Part shown: positions 1-13,188 of the stretch, one piece after another
Layout of the letters: the number at the start of each line of letters is the position of its first letter
How positions within the stretch are numbered: the first letter of the stretch is position 1
Virus record (IMG/VR): IMGVR_UViG_3300044712_000786
Span: 96,001 to 160,000 of that record
Source: a virus
Taxonomy: Duplodnaviria; Caudoviricetes
DNA length: 64,000 bases
Reading direction: 5' to 3' (one strand)
The notes under the pieces: model-generated
Database searches by the model: none
What the model was told of the DNA's origin: nothing
Seen by the model: the letters and a program-made list of their open reading frames with translations, nothing else
Made by a program: the position numbers and the translations under genes

Positions 1-158
1 AAGTGATTGTCACCATCAAGCGATTCAAATCAGCAAAATAAAGCAAAGGAAACTCAACAGATTCTTCTACTTGATACCACATGTTGGGAAACCCGCCAAT
101 TCCCGTAACGTTCGATACGATACTATAACAGCTATTGTCCAGATTCCAAGCAAAAAAG

Positions 159-3100
159 TTAAATAAAGACTTCATTATAGCTCCATAAAGTATCCATTCT
201 TAAGGCATATCTTAAGTCCCTCAAAGACAGTTTGATATTCGTATTTAGGTTAGCTTCCCTTATTTCTTCAAAGCGAACAAATTCCGCTAATAGCGCCCAT
301 GCCTCGGAGTCTAATTTGTCAAACTTAGTCCCGATAGGCTTCATTAGATATCCTATCCCTCAGAACAAGAAATATATCCCTTATAAAATAGGGGATTCCG
401 AGACGTTCTGTTTTAAAATAAGCGTTGGCGGATATAGAAAGCCCAGCCACCCTCGTAACAGCTACCCAGCCAAGAGCATCAGCACCATCAAAAATATTTA
501 TCCTATTCATTCTGTTAGAGCGAGAAATCTTCTACATAATCATCTACTATCCACTCAATACCATACCTAAGATATTCGGTCACGCCTTTGTAGGTTTCAT
601 TAATCATGCGAGCACTAACTAGAGAGAACATACCTTGATAACATACCATTTCATGGCGACCAAACTCATCACTTAGACTGTTCATAAGCTAAATAGTTTT
701 TTCCGTATCTTATTGCAGTAGAACGAATTAACGGGTTTAGCACATAAACGTCAGATATGGTCTCTATCCCATAATAAGCTCTAAAATATGAAATAACAGG
801 GACAGAACGATTGATAGAATTCCAACAAATAGTATGGACTATAATTTTGACATTTTTAATCGGTTCCATATCCTACCAGCTATTTTCAAAAATACAACTG
901 TTTTTTACTTCCCAATATATCAAGCCCTTCAATCTAATCCTGTCTATCATAATCTCGACCCGATGGAAGACATGATTAACGATAGGCATGGGCGAGCCTT
1001 GGGTTATCACAGCATAAGCTTTCCTCTGCTCATCTATATAAAACCTATCACGTAAGTTGTTCATCCGCAAGCCTTAACTTAGTCTCCAAGACTATAACGC
1101 GAATATAAAACATTCTCATATTAGAATAGCATTCGCTCCAATCGACAGTACTAATAGTATCTTCTGGAAAAAGGAATTTTTTAGTAGATTTCACAGCGTC
1201 CACCAGCCGCGCCACCTAATCATCAATGGAAACTGAAGATGCCAATAGTTAATCTTACCATTAGCCTTCAAAGCTTCCCCTTTCATGCTGTAAAACCCTT
1301 CAGGAGTAGCACAGGCGGCACAAAGCCTAGGATTCCCGCCCAAGATGGGAGGGTTAAACTTCCCGCAATTATCGCATCTTTTAATCTTCATATGTTGCGC
1401 CAAACAACTTCCCAATAAACCGTAGAACGAATATCGGGTCTAAGTTTAATTTTAAACCTAATTCCTTGTCTGACAACGTGAAACACCCCCGCATCTAATG
1501 CTTCGGGCCAGCCTCTTCCGCCATCAAAATGGATTCGTTTCATATTTCCAAAAATCTATTTAGGGCACTTAGACAGGGCTTTTTCCAAAAGCTCAAAAAA
1601 TTCGTCTTGAAAGCCAATATTAGGACTTCCGTAGTCTTCGGGGGTCTCGAACTGTTCAATATTATCTAATTTATTCACATGGGTCAAACCTGACCTTACC
1701 ACACTGTTAGAGCTTTCACCGATGATAGCCAGAAGAATATAGGCTTCCTTGGGGCTCAGAGTTAAAACTACGTCAATTTGTTTTGATATAAGGGCAGCTT
1801 TCATTTTTCAATTTTAGCAGTTATTTTCTCAGGGTCAAGGCTAAGATAAAAAACGAAATTGTATATTAACCATTTAGCTTGAATGTTTGTTGGGGGACGT
1901 AAAGCTACATGAGCTTCATCTACGGGACGAGTATTGACTATTTTGCTTAACTTATTAAATGCGTCTATAGATGCATCTTCCCTAAGTCGAAACAAGCTCT
2001 TCATAAGTCTCTATGTAGTTGACAAGGTTGGTTAGATGAATCCAAGGGCAAGCCTCGTGCGGGGCAAAGTGTTCTACTTCAAGACGATAATTCCAAATCT
2101 CATGATTAAAACGGAGTGTATAACTAAATGATTTCATGTATCACAAAATAGTCATTTCATTTACGTCGAATAGCCAATCGTAAAGTATCCATACATGCTC
2201 TTTAATCACTTTAGTTTCTAATTCTTCCGAAACTTGCACTAGAATCTTACTTTGTAATACCTCGCCAACGTGAGGATAGAAAATTAAGCCACTTACATTA
2301 GTCATATTTTAAGCCCCAAGATATTATCCATTTGTTATTGCTTTCTATGTATGGCTCTATTCCTTCCTGAATCTCTAAGATAACGTCATAAGACATCACT
2401 CTAAATAAGTCAACGTTATAGGGGCGGTCACCACAAAATTGAGCCCATAAGCTTTTCATTTTCAAAAATCCAACATTTCTTCTAGCTTGCGACATACTCT
2501 TCCATCTAACCTATGCATAAAATTACCCGCTCCTCCTACAATAAGCTGTTGTTCAAAGGTAATGATTTTATTACCCATTTGTCTTATTACAAGACCAACT
2601 AAATTATAACCGACCTTTTGCGTTACGGGACTCCAAAGCTCTTGACTGTCCATAAATTGGAATTTAAATTGCTCCATCTGTTTCCTTAACTTCTATAGAG
2701 ATAGGCCCAACAAATCTAGCTATTGCCCTCACTTCTTTAGTAACTTGCCTTATAACTAATAAATCTACTTCCGCGCATAGAGAATACCAAGGGGAAAGAT
2801 TCATTCTATTTTTGATAGACTTCATTTATAACTTTCGTAAATAATGGAGCTACTACGAACCTAAAGGTTATGTTTATTTTGTCTCTAGCTAAGCCTCTAA
2901 GATTTTTATTAACCATCTTGCTTATGTAATAACAAAGCATAGGGTCAATGGGATATTTAACTGGCTTCATATCTTCCAACAGCCGCTTTTAATTGTAAGC
3001 AAGATTCAAAGTAAAGAACGCTAACCTTTGTTCTAAATTGTGCCCGAGCTGAGCTAGTTGTCTCTCTATTTAATGTAGTAAAAGACTCGGTGTCACAGCC

Positions 3101-6100
3101 CCAAATTAACAGATGAACGCTATTCATGTATATTATCCAAATTCTTCAAGTGACAGACCTTCTACCGTTCGATGTTTCAAATAAAGAGCCGAACAATTAA
3201 ACTCTATCTCTTGCAAAGATATTAAACACTGGATATAAGAAAGGCATTCTTTGCTCTGAGACCAGCAAACCGCATTATAACTATTAAAGATGTCTCTTAC
3301 TGTATTCATTCTAGCGTCTTTTTTTCCCAGAGCAAGCTATATTAAGAGATTAAATGAAAAATACCGTTCAATGACCTAAAAAAAGCGATATTCCTTTCTA
3401 TTCCTTCTTCCGCTTCATAATAACGGCCATTACTAACCTCGAATACAGATAACTTATTACGAACTGACTTCATAATTCCAACTTACGTATTCCTTGGGGA
3501 TAGGTATTCTCGGCATAAATTGCCCTAGCCACCATAAAGCAGAAGCCTCTTCTAAGTTATGAAAGGCATCCGCTCTAACCCAATATGATACGTCATCTTG
3601 GAAGTCTCCCCAAATGTCATAATTCAGGTTAAAAACTTCAATTCTCTTCATAATGAAATAGATTTCTAGGAATAAATATCAACTGCTCTCTTATTATGAA
3701 TAGCCTAGAACTAACTTCTATTGACCTGTAAGTAAGATTTCGCACGTCAACAGAAAGAGGAATTGCGGACCATATGCAAGTATCTATTCTATTAAACTCT
3801 CTACGTAGAGATACCATAATGCCTTACTCCCCTATAAACACTATTAGATATTTCATAAACATCTGTCATACCATATCTTACGTCCTGAATGACCCTTCTA
3901 ATGAATTCTCCTTCTACATGATAGAGTAACTCATCGAATACGATATTAGACAATCCTTCGGGCGTTACTGCAAGAACCTTTTTCATCTAAAGCTTTCTTG
4001 GAAAACAAAAATTTCCTTTTCAAAGCTAACCTCCCTATAGAAACTAGAATTCGGACCCATTAAAGCTACAATCCAGTCATCTAGCTCTAATGCCGCTAGC
4101 GCTATATCAGTCATGTCTCCATTTATAAAATGACTCCTAACCGTCTGCCAATCGGTAGTTTTTTCTCTAAAAAATTCCCTTAAGTTCAGCATAGATTGCT
4201 CCCTGAAGCGGTTCGACAAGACTCCAAACTTTCAATTGGACATTAAAAACACAAGCCCATCGGACGCTCCAATCGGCATCCCTTAGAATAGCGTCCCAAC
4301 AGTGGTCTCGTATTTCATTAAATTCAGTAATAGGCTTCAATTGCTTTCTTGGAGGTATCTTCTATAATGTCGATTATCTCAATTATAAAGTCATGGTGAT
4401 ATTCAATTCCGAATAAACCCGCCCGTTGAACAACATAAGATGTCCGTTTCATTACTATATCTCCCCACGCTCCAATGCTATAATCTGTAAAATTGTTCAA
4501 ACGTTTCATTTGTTAGCACAAGAGAATCTATTACCGCATCGCTCGCAAATATATTATCAAAAGCCCTTTTAACGACGATTACCTTGCGGTGATATTGCGA
4601 TATAGCCCTAGTCGATTCTAGTTCCACGTTATACAGTCTGTAGACAACGTTATTCATTTAAGAATAGCTGTCTTATTTTTAGCCAACTGAATAAAATCGT
4701 TGACTTTCGCATCTGTAAAACAGACGTATTCGCGCAAGCAAGACTTTAATTCATACATGTTAACAGCATGACGTATCTTGTTGGCTTCCTTGTCTTTACC
4801 CATGCTGCGAAGTTCCTGCAAGCACGCTTCCAAAATTTCACGATAGCTCATTTAAGTATTCTAGACAAAATTTTTCCAAAATCAAGAGCATTCATCACTG
4901 TACTTTTTATTCTGATTACTCTTAACCCTTTAACAACCCTTCGCTCCGCAGGGGTTAAATCGTACAATAGAAGAAACCTTACCTTTTGGCTGTTATAAAA
5001 TGTTATGTATTCCGAAATACTGTTCATAAAAACCCTTCACAGAGTCGTATATTCTTCCCGAAATACGAACGCAATCTATCTTTTCTATAACAAGGTCATC
5101 TGTAGAGTTACGGGGATGAAACAGAAATCTTACTTTATCGTGCCTTAAAGATATCTTGTCCTGTAGTGGAGTCATATATTCCATTTCTAATAGGGGCCAA
5201 TAAGATGGATAATTCCCTTTCTATTCTATCAACGGGGAGAGTCATCCTTAATATAGAGCTAGGCATATTCCGCCACCAGATATCCATATTCTCGGGAAGC
5301 ATTAGTTTAATAGTGTCCATGCCTGATTATCGCTAATTGAAGATTTATATTACCATAACGAGCGTCCAGAGGAATTTTAGATATCCAATTTGATATATCT
5401 GGCTTAATGTTATAAGGGATGAGATAATAAAAAGCCGCAAAACAACCAAGGGAGTATCTTCCTAATGGATTCATACCTCTAAAGCATCAATAATCTGTCC
5501 GTAAGCTTTATCGATAACTTTATGTTCCCTTGTAGTAATAGGCTTCCTGACTTTCTCGGGAATAAACTTAAGGTGCCCGTAGTCACGAACCTGATTAATC
5601 TTTTCTTCTAGCCGCGAGGGGGTTATATCCCCCATAGCGATAAGGATAATGTAAGCTTCTCTGGGAGAAAGAGTTAGACTTACTCGCTTATTCTTACTCT
5701 TGATTTTCACAGCAGTCCCCTTCGGCTCCGTATTGCATTCGGCGCATCCACTGATTTACATCAATAGGTTCGCTTTGCAGCTTAAAAAGCCCATTGTTAA
5801 AGGTTACAATCTCTTCTTTGGGCTTGTAACTAACCTGCCTACGGGCGAAAAATTCAAATCGTTCTTGGTCGTTCATGATTCAATAGTAATAGGATTCTCG
5901 GGGGTAGCCCAATATTCAACATTAAAACCGTCCAGCTTGCTATCAAAGGTTAATTTCTCGCCCACCTTAAAAGGTATCAAATCGCATGAAAGATAAATGC
6001 CCTCGCTCTTTGATAGGGCTAAAACTACGACATCCTTCCATCTCCTGTCCCCTGAACCCACCGCTCCTTGATGAACTAACACACAGGGATAGTCCTTCAC

Positions 6101-8676
6101 GTAAGATACTTTCCTAGTCGCGCTTAAATTAACTTTAATCATACCCCAATTTTAAATTGAATTTTTAAAAACGCAAGAACTATTTACGAACTTGAGCCAT
6201 GGACGAAACATAACATCTGCTCCAAGTTTCAAAAATGAAAAACTCATTCGAAGTAGCTGTATCGGTAACATAGATAATAGTGCGGTAAGTATCTAGTTCC
6301 TGAGTCTCTACAGTAAAGCGGCGTTTAGGGGGAGGGGGAAGCGGGGCTTCCGCTTGCTGAGTAGTTTGCTGGCAGCAACCCGCCAACATAAGGAGTAATA
6401 GACAGTATTTCATAGAGTTTTAAAGAGGGGCATTTTGAAATAGCGCGAGGCACGCTTAATCATCTTGTCATAAACGGGAATCATATGGCGGGGCATCACC
6501 GCAACCGTTCCAGTTTTGCAGCGCCCTTCAGCAATGGTCAGAGCTTTAGCCTTATCGAACCTATCGCCAGCCTTGACGTTAGTGTAGCTCCAGCCCAAGC
6601 CCACAGCTTCGCCATGCTTAGCCGCCATAACGCAACCCCGCAATTGATTAGTGCGGGGGTCTCGAACGAATTCATAGATTTTGTCCATATTTTAAATTTA
6701 ATTAAATTTTTTCGAAAATAAAGCTAATTTTGAACGTTTCTTCTCTAACAAGGTACGCTAAATCTAGTATCGTATCGTTTACTTGATTATAAATTACTAT
6801 TCGTGCTTTATAGGTGATATTCCAAAACACATTTGCTCTTGTGGGAGCATTAGCAACTACCTCTCTTAAGGGCTTCATTCCTGCTCTACTAATATAGGCT
6901 TTACATTAGGAGAAAAGGTTACTTTAATAGTAATAACCTGATTAGTCTCAGATTTAAGCGCCTGAAGCTCTCGCTTAAGGGCTAGAACCTCATTTCTAAT
7001 AGCTTCTCTTTCGGCGCTAAGACGGGCGATAGACTCTTTTAAAGATATCTCTCTTTTAATATCGGGGGAGTCTGTTGCAATAAGGCCCACCAAACCAGCT
7101 AGAAGAGCCACTATGATACAAAGATATAAACAAATAGATTTCATAAATTTTTGTAACAATCATCCAAAGCATATCTTATGATGCTCGCCCATCCAAAGAT
7201 AATATAATTGGCTTTACGAATTAAATCGCCCTGTCTGCATAGTTCAGGACAATTATTACTATTCCACTCTTGGACGGGCATTAAATCCCTGATATGTTTA
7301 ACGCTATTCACTGGATAAGGTAATGCTGCCCTTAAAGGGCTTCCAAATGGGCGACATGATATCTTGGTTACAATAGGCTTGCCCCGCTTTAACATGAGGG
7401 TTAAGACTAGACCAAAGGATAGAGCAAGTAAATGCGTTTGAAAAAACGACAATTATACCCCTCCAAAGCTCATTTCCCTTCCCATCCGCCAATAAACCTT
7501 GATGCTCCATTAAAACGGGATATTCCATTTTCCTTACCTCTTCCTTCTGATGATTCACTTCAATCTTCATATTCTAATTTTATCTTGGTTTTTTAAAAAA
7601 TCAACAACGAACAGCTTTAAATTGTGCCTTAATCCAAGGGTCCAATCGGGTCTTTTCTCCGTTCTCTTTGAGAAGTCTGTAAAAGAAACTTTATTTAAAA
7701 CTGTATACATAAAGTTACAGTATATCGGTAGCTCTACCTTATTCATAGCTCCAATCCATAACAATACCTTGCATATTAATCCTTAGTGTCATAGTCCAAT
7801 CGGCTCTTTGACGAACAACTAATTGAAAGGATTTGTGTCCTATGCTATCTATAATAAATTTTCTAAATTCTAAATATCTAGGTGTGGCTATCTTATTCAT
7901 TCCTGAGTCTTTTCATAGACGATATGATTAATATAAACAGAACTTAGCAGACTAGCATAAACTATAGTAGCGGTCACGAACCAACCTAAAGAAATACATA
8001 ACCACGAAACAATGAAGTCGAAAGCCATGTTGACCATTAATCCCAAAGGCCAAATCCTCTGTCGGCGCATTGTCCGAATCATCGTATTATAAATGTCATC
8101 CCCGCTAGTCACCCACATGGATACAGCGACAAAGACATTACATAGATTTATAAACCAAAGCAGCCCTTGAGTCATTAAAGGCGTATACTTACCATGGGAA
8201 AAGAAACTGAGAATGACCATTCCAAGTATGCAGAGGTTGCCTATCAAATACTTAAGCATACTGTATGGTCTCAGAATTTTTTAATAAATCAATAAATAAT
8301 TCGGGATAAATATCGATAACCTCATCGATTGTTCTAACATAAAAAATACCGAAGCAATCAGAAGATACATTTAGTATCCTAGTCACATTAACGGAAGCGC
8401 GAATAGCCGTATCGACTTTACGTCTAACGCTTTTCACGGCTCTTGAACTTCCTTCAAATCGTCTTCCTCAGTTAGGACAGAGTTACAGATGGCGCAAAAA
8501 CACTCTTCTTTCTCATAGGACGGGTGCCTTGACCCATCGGGCTCTGTCTCCAAGGCTTCCTCTACGTCCTTCCTAAAGCAGTAGAGTAAGTCAGCTATAA
8601 CATCCATGTCCTCGGGACTGGGGGGAAAACAATCCGCGCAAAGGTCTACAAACTCATCACCTACTTCAATTCTCAT
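159..8676 (-). other. Dense tract of small hypothetical phage ORFs (about 50-120 aa), early/host-takeover-like region
   Basis: Many abutting or ATGA-overlapping minus-strand ORFs with no recognisable domains, interspersed with sigma70-like promoters. Confidence 0.75.
7897..8259 (-). CDS. Hypothetical membrane protein
   Basis: 120 aa with several hydrophobic segments. Confidence 0.6.
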   Translation of the reverse strand: MLKYLIGNLCILGMVILSFFSHGKYTPLMTQGLLWFINLCNVFVAVSMWVTSGDDIYNTMIRTMRRQRIWPLGLMVNMAFDFIVSWLCISLGWFVTATIVYASLLSSVYINHIVYEKTQE

Positions 8677-8770
8677 AAGAAAAAAAGGGCGACTTACGTA
8701 GAGCCGTGAGAAACCACACCTAAACCAGTGGAAAACTCAAACGTAAGCCGCCCAATCTGTTAACGCTCGC

Positions 8771-9067
8771 TTAGTCAGCTACGTTGCGGATAGCTTCAGG
8801 CGTATACTCAACCTGAATAACCGACTTATAAATACCCTCGTCAATCGTGATAGGGTCATGCTCTTGGTGAACAAGAGTCGCTTTGTCCTTGACTTCAATA
8901 TACTGAGCCAAGCCTTCCTCGTCATCAGCGAAGCCAACGGCCCCGCCGAAGATGGAGTGATGATGTCCAGTAGCTTCGCCATAAGCGAGAGTTACCTTCT
9001 TCGTGCGCTTCAGCCCCGCAGGAACCGAAGCAACCTTAACCAATAGAACGTCACCTTGTCGTTTCAT
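8771..9067 (-). CDS. Conserved small protein usually paired with DUF6745 proteins
   Basis: RQGDVLL...LAYGEATGHHH...HQEHDPI motif pattern; adjacent to the DUF6745 gene. Confidence 0.7.
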   Translation of the reverse strand: MKRQGDVLLVKVASVPAGLKRTKKVTLAYGEATGHHHSIFGGAVGFADDEEGLAQYIEVKDKATLVHQEHDPITIDEGIYKSVIQVEYTPEAIRNVAD

Positions 9068-9073
9068 ATTTTA

Positions 9074-9101
9074 ATTCTACCAATGTTTTTGTGGTTGTCA
9101 A
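9074..9101 (-). promoter_or_regulatory. sigma70-like promoter, 16-bp spacer, leaderless
   Basis: TTGACA-N16-TAGAAT, 6 nt before the ATG at 9067. Confidence 0.75.
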
Positions 9102-9113
9102 CTATTTACACTA

Positions 9114-10160
9114 TTATGTTTGCACTTCACAAACATATTCTTCGGGGCGAATGAACAGCATCGACCCATCTTTATTCCTCCAAGTGGACGCTACGGCAGC
9201 TTGGGCGGTCTTAATGCCACCGTAAGCCTTAGGGTCTACCCGAATGAAATAGTCTTTAAAGGTGCCATCAGGCTCAGGGGTTGAGTTAACCACCTTAACC
9301 ATATAGATAGGCTCATCCGCACCTTGCTCCTTCTTATAAAGGGTGCCATAGTCATCCTGACTGACAATAGTCGCCCCGCTATCCAAAATATACTTGGCTT
9401 GCCCGTAGATTTCAACCATCACGCGGCGAACTTCAAGGTTATTCTCCTTGTCAATATCCTGCCAAGTAAAGTTCTTGGTGATAATCTTCTCATTAACGGC
9501 GACTCCGTTATAATACCAGAGCTTAACCACCCCACCACGATAAGCCAAAGCGGGGCCATTAGGATTATGGAGCACATTACGCTCGTTCAAATGAATTTCT
9601 TCAGGGCGATGCTGGAAGATAACCACCTTTTCATAAGGTGCCCACCAACCGCAATTCTCTGCAATCTCATTCAAGCCTTGCAGCTTGCTAAGGTCAATGC
9701 CAACCTCGCGATGAAAGTAGTCATACAGCGAAAGCCAGCTAGCTTCCATGCTACCGAAAATCATATCTTGCACATACTTGGAGAAGTTGCTCTTCAAGTC
9801 TTTGTGCGCCATATTCATGGCCTTTTTGCTCTGCTTGGCGAACTTAGCGGGAAGCTGGGCCAAAAGAGCCTTATTGACCTTCTGCATAATCTCAGAGGGT
9901 TCAATGTTCTCCGCATCTTTCGCGCTATCTTCAGGGAAAAGATAAGCTTTGATAAGCCCCGCTCCGATAGCCGCAGTCACAGGGCAATCGAAGATGAAGA
10001 AATGCTCGGGAGCCTTAAGCCCCGCCAATTCATATGCTTTAATAGCCCCCGCTTTCGCTTTCTCGAAATCGCAAGGTTGCGTGTTTAGGCCAATCTTATT
10101 CCACTTAGCAACATACTCGGGAAACTTGGCCACTTGTTCAGGTGTTAGATTTTCAATCAT
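9114..10160 (-). CDS. DUF6745-domain protein
   Basis: C-terminal ENNLEVRRVMVE...VVNSTPEPDGTFKDYFIRVDP...AVASTW signature. Confidence 0.75.
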   Translation of the reverse strand: MIENLTPEQVAKFPEYVAKWNKIGLNTQPCDFEKAKAGAIKAYELAGLKAPEHFFIFDCPVTAAIGAGLIKAYLFPEDSAKDAENIEPSEIMQKVNKALLAQLPAKFAKQSKKAMNMAHKDLKSNFSKYVQDMIFGSMEASWLSLYDYFHREVGIDLSKLQGLNEIAENCGWWAPYEKVVIFQHRPEEIHLNERNVLHNPNGPALAYRGGVVKLWYYNGVAVNEKIITKNFTWQDIDKENNLEVRRVMVEIYGQAKYILDSGATIVSQDDYGTLYKKEQGADEPIYMVKVVNSTPEPDGTFKDYFIRVDPKAYGGIKTAQAAVASTWRNKDGSMLFIRPEEYVCEVQT

Positions 10161-10165
10161 ACTCT

Positions 10166-10193
10166 ATTCTATTAACTATTTTTGGTTTGTCAA
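10166..10193 (-). promoter_or_regulatory. sigma70-like promoter, 16-bp spacer, leaderless
   Basis: TTGACA-N16-TAGAAT, 5 nt before the ATG at 10160. Confidence 0.75.
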
Positions 10194-11611
10194 CGGTTTA
10201 GTTGTGGAACGCGGTTTGTTTCTTATGTTCTCGGATAAGCCCCAGAGCCTTAACAGCTTCCGTCGCTATGGAGTTCGCTTTAACGTCTCCTTCGTTTTGA
10301 ATCCGCACTAGAAATTTAACTACGTTCTTTTTGGTTAATTTCACTTCCCCATCCTCTCAAAGTTTTTTAAAATGTCAATAGCGCCTATCGCTAAATTTCT
10401 AAAATTAGGGAGAATTGCATTCAGCATATTCCATCCGCTCGCAACGCAATAATTCTTCGACTCAATTTTACGATACATTTCTATGGATAATGCTAATGTT
10501 ACTTCATATGCAATGGGCTTCATAAGAATAGTTCCTTATAATGAAGATAATGTCCCATAAATAAAGAGACTGCATGGGAAAGTATTCCATCAGGTCGATA
10601 TCTTTTTCGACGCTTACATTAACAATCGGAAGTAGCAAAGAATTCATAACTAATAGACATCTGTATATTTATTACCGTGCTTCTATCGAACATTCGGCCT
10701 ATTCTATCCGCCGCTTCCCATATCGGCGCAAATGAATCAATTTGTATCTTTCGCTTAATTTGACGGGCACAAGAATCCTCGGAGTGGACGGGTTTATCGA
10801 AAACCTTGGCGATAACGTTTTTCAGTGTCCCTCCTTATAATATCTCTAAAACTGGTTACTTTATAGACTAACTTATCTCGGACTAAGTATAAGACACTGT
10901 ATGAAGCTATAGAGCCTAAAAACCCAGTCCCTACAACGCGAGAAAGTAATTGGGTATGATTCACGCAGGCTTATTTTTAATTTCGTTTCTAGCTTCTGAA
11001 ATTTGCGTTCTAAGCATTGTAGCCCTAAAAGGTCTCGTTATGTCCCAATAGGGCTGAAGACTCTCTATATTCATCTTCGCTTTAATGCGTTTATAACAAG
11101 CGTCAACATCATCCCAGACGATTTTATCGAAAACATCAAAAATTACTTCATTCATTTTAAGTTTTATTTTTAAAAAGTCAATGCATACTTACAGTAAAGA
11201 TAGATAATTCCCCTTAGCTCCGCAGAAAGTAACCCGTCTCTAATTCCATAGTGTGAATCTATCCATATATTATCGCTAATCATCCCCGCAGTAGACATAG
11301 GTTTAGTTAGCTGATATAAGCTTATAGAATTCATGGCGGCAATCAAACTCTATTTGATTTACTAAAAATCTACTTAATCTAATATTAATAGATAAATCGC
11401 ATTGACTCCAAATAACCCAAGGAATGTTACAAACTGCGCTAGGGAAAATGAAGACGCATTTCATTATGGATGACTATATCTATATGGTTTACTAACCAAG
11501 GCAGCTTTCCATACGTTTCACGTAAGACTGTATGATATACACCATCATTAAAAGAAACCCGCTTATCTGCCCATGATTCTGAGTCGCTCCTAATAAAAAG
11601 CGCAACAGATT

Positions 11612-12217
11612 TCATCGAACTTCGTCCAGAGTAAGGACGGGGGGCTTTTCTTTAATTGTAACTTCCCAGCGTTTGTCATGTAATATTTGAGTTAGTTGAT
11701 AGTAAACCCGAAGAAACAGATGCTTATTCGCCTCGCTTAAGAGGGGAAGGAGTAAAAGCTTCTCGGTTAAATAGGTTTTAGCAAAGCCTTCGTCATTCTT
11801 TGCGATGTCTTCAGTATTATCTAGCAAATCGGCAAGCTTAATTAGCTTAGCCTGAGGGGAGGTTAGCTTCAGCCGAAACCGCTCCAGTTCTTTGCGGTCA
11901 GCCCTAACTAGAGTAGGATATCGCTCCTTAGTATACTGGTCGGTTAGCTCATCGACTAGAGATAAGACTCTTGCGCCGAAACGATTCAGAATCCAATCAT
12001 CGTTATACTCTGGAGCTAAAGGAGTTACGTCTTCCTTTAAATCGTGAGCTAATGCGGCGATAATAACATCTTCGTCAGAAGTATACTGAGAGACAATCTC
12101 GGCGACCCTCTCAGTGTGAGTCCAATAGGGCTTTCCCGTATACTTGCGAACCTGCTTGATGCTATCATGAGCATCCCGCAAGAGGGGTCTGGCAATATCT
12201 ACATCGTTCATCTTCAA
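11612..12217 (-). CDS. HD-domain hydrolase, RelA/SpoT/Mesh1-like (small alarmone hydrolase-like)
   Basis: AH..QVRKYTGKPYWTH, ALAHDLKED and IKLADLLDN motifs. Confidence 0.8.
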   Translation of the reverse strand: MKMNDVDIARPLLRDAHDSIKQVRKYTGKPYWTHTERVAEIVSQYTSDEDVIIAALAHDLKEDVTPLAPEYNDDWILNRFGARVLSLVDELTDQYTKERYPTLVRADRKELERFRLKLTSPQAKLIKLADLLDNTEDIAKNDEGFAKTYLTEKLLLLPLLSEANKHLFLRVYYQLTQILHDKRWEVTIKEKPPVLTLDEVR

Positions 12218-12405
12218 ATCCTATCAGCTATTTTTAAAAAAGCAAATTAAAATCATGAATTATCCTATCCCTCATTCCATATCCAGAGTGATTAGAAGCC
12301 AGCCCAAAGGGGCTCCTTCCCTCTGTCTCTCCTTCAATAAATCTTTCTTGAGGGTGAAACTTAATCAGATTCCAAGCCCAAGCTAATCCATTATATTGTA
12401 GACTA

Positions 12406-13188
12406 TTAAACAGGGGATTCATTAGAGAACAACGCGCAGTTATCCAAACAGAGCTTGTTATTAATAAACAGCCCCGCTACAATGGGATAATAAATAGCTA
12501 AACAAAGCGAGTTAGCTACCTCTTCATTAAAGGTAAACCTAACCGTTGTCTTGTCATAGGTTCGCTTAACCTCTTCCTCCGCGTCTTCTACCATCTTATT
12601 TAACTGAGCTTTAGTATAAGAAGCGGGGTGAGTTTTAATATCCATTAGGATATCTGCCATGCCTGAGTCAATCTTCCTGACATTGACGGGGAAAGACCCA
12701 TTAATAAAGAAATACTTAGCCGCCCAAGCTAGCCTAAGTAGTTGTACTGCATTCTTTTCAGAGAAGCCATGAGACTCAATAGAAGCTTTTCTCTTGCTGC
12801 CTAATGCTCCCGTCCGCTCGCCGTTCATTAGCCTCTTTTCCCCTGACATATAGCCTAGGATAGACTTAAAGAACTGCGCCGAATCTATTAAATCATATCG
12901 ATGCTTAACAACTAATTCCCATTCATTAGAAGTAGTAGTAAAGTTGTCAGTAAATAGCAGCTCCATAGCCTGAGTATTAGTCTTGCGTAAAGAACAAAGA
13001 AAGTGTCTAAATTCAAAGAGGAACTTATCTTCTCCCCCCGCTCTTAAGTCCTGATGCTCAAAGCGGTCAACGCCGATTACTTTATTAAGTTCGGTATTGA
13101 CAAAGCACCCCCTTTGGTCTAAATCACTAGTGGGGGTATTTAACCCGTAAGCATGGGAGCCCCCCAGAGTTTCACAAATAATCTTCAT
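12406..13188 (-). CDS. Nucleotidyltransferase (YcgL/RNA-repair-associated family)
   Basis: GGSHAYGLNTPTSDLDQRG (GS..DxD) motif. Confidence 0.8.
   Translation of the reverse strand: MKIICETLGGSHAYGLNTPTSDLDQRGCFVNTELNKVIGVDRFEHQDLRAGGEDKFLFEFRHFLCSLRKTNTQAMELLFTDNFTTTSNEWELVVKHRYDLIDSAQFFKSILGYMSGEKRLMNGERTGALGSKRKASIESHGFSEKNAVQLLRLAWAAKYFFINGSFPVNVRKIDSGMADILMDIKTHPASYTKAQLNKMVEDAEEEVKRTYDKTTVRFTFNEEVANSLCLAIYYPIVAGLFINNKLCLDNCALFSNESPV

Noticed and set aside
4981-5000. Further copy of the TAACAGCCAA motif
   Set aside because: No flanking 7-bp complementary stem, so probably a chance match.
9324-10088. Plus-strand 254-aa ORF and other plus-strand ORFs overlapping minus-strand genes (e.g. 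52218-52529, 57168-57557, 59712-60020)
   Set aside because: They are antisense shadows of well-supported minus-strand genes and have no domain signal.
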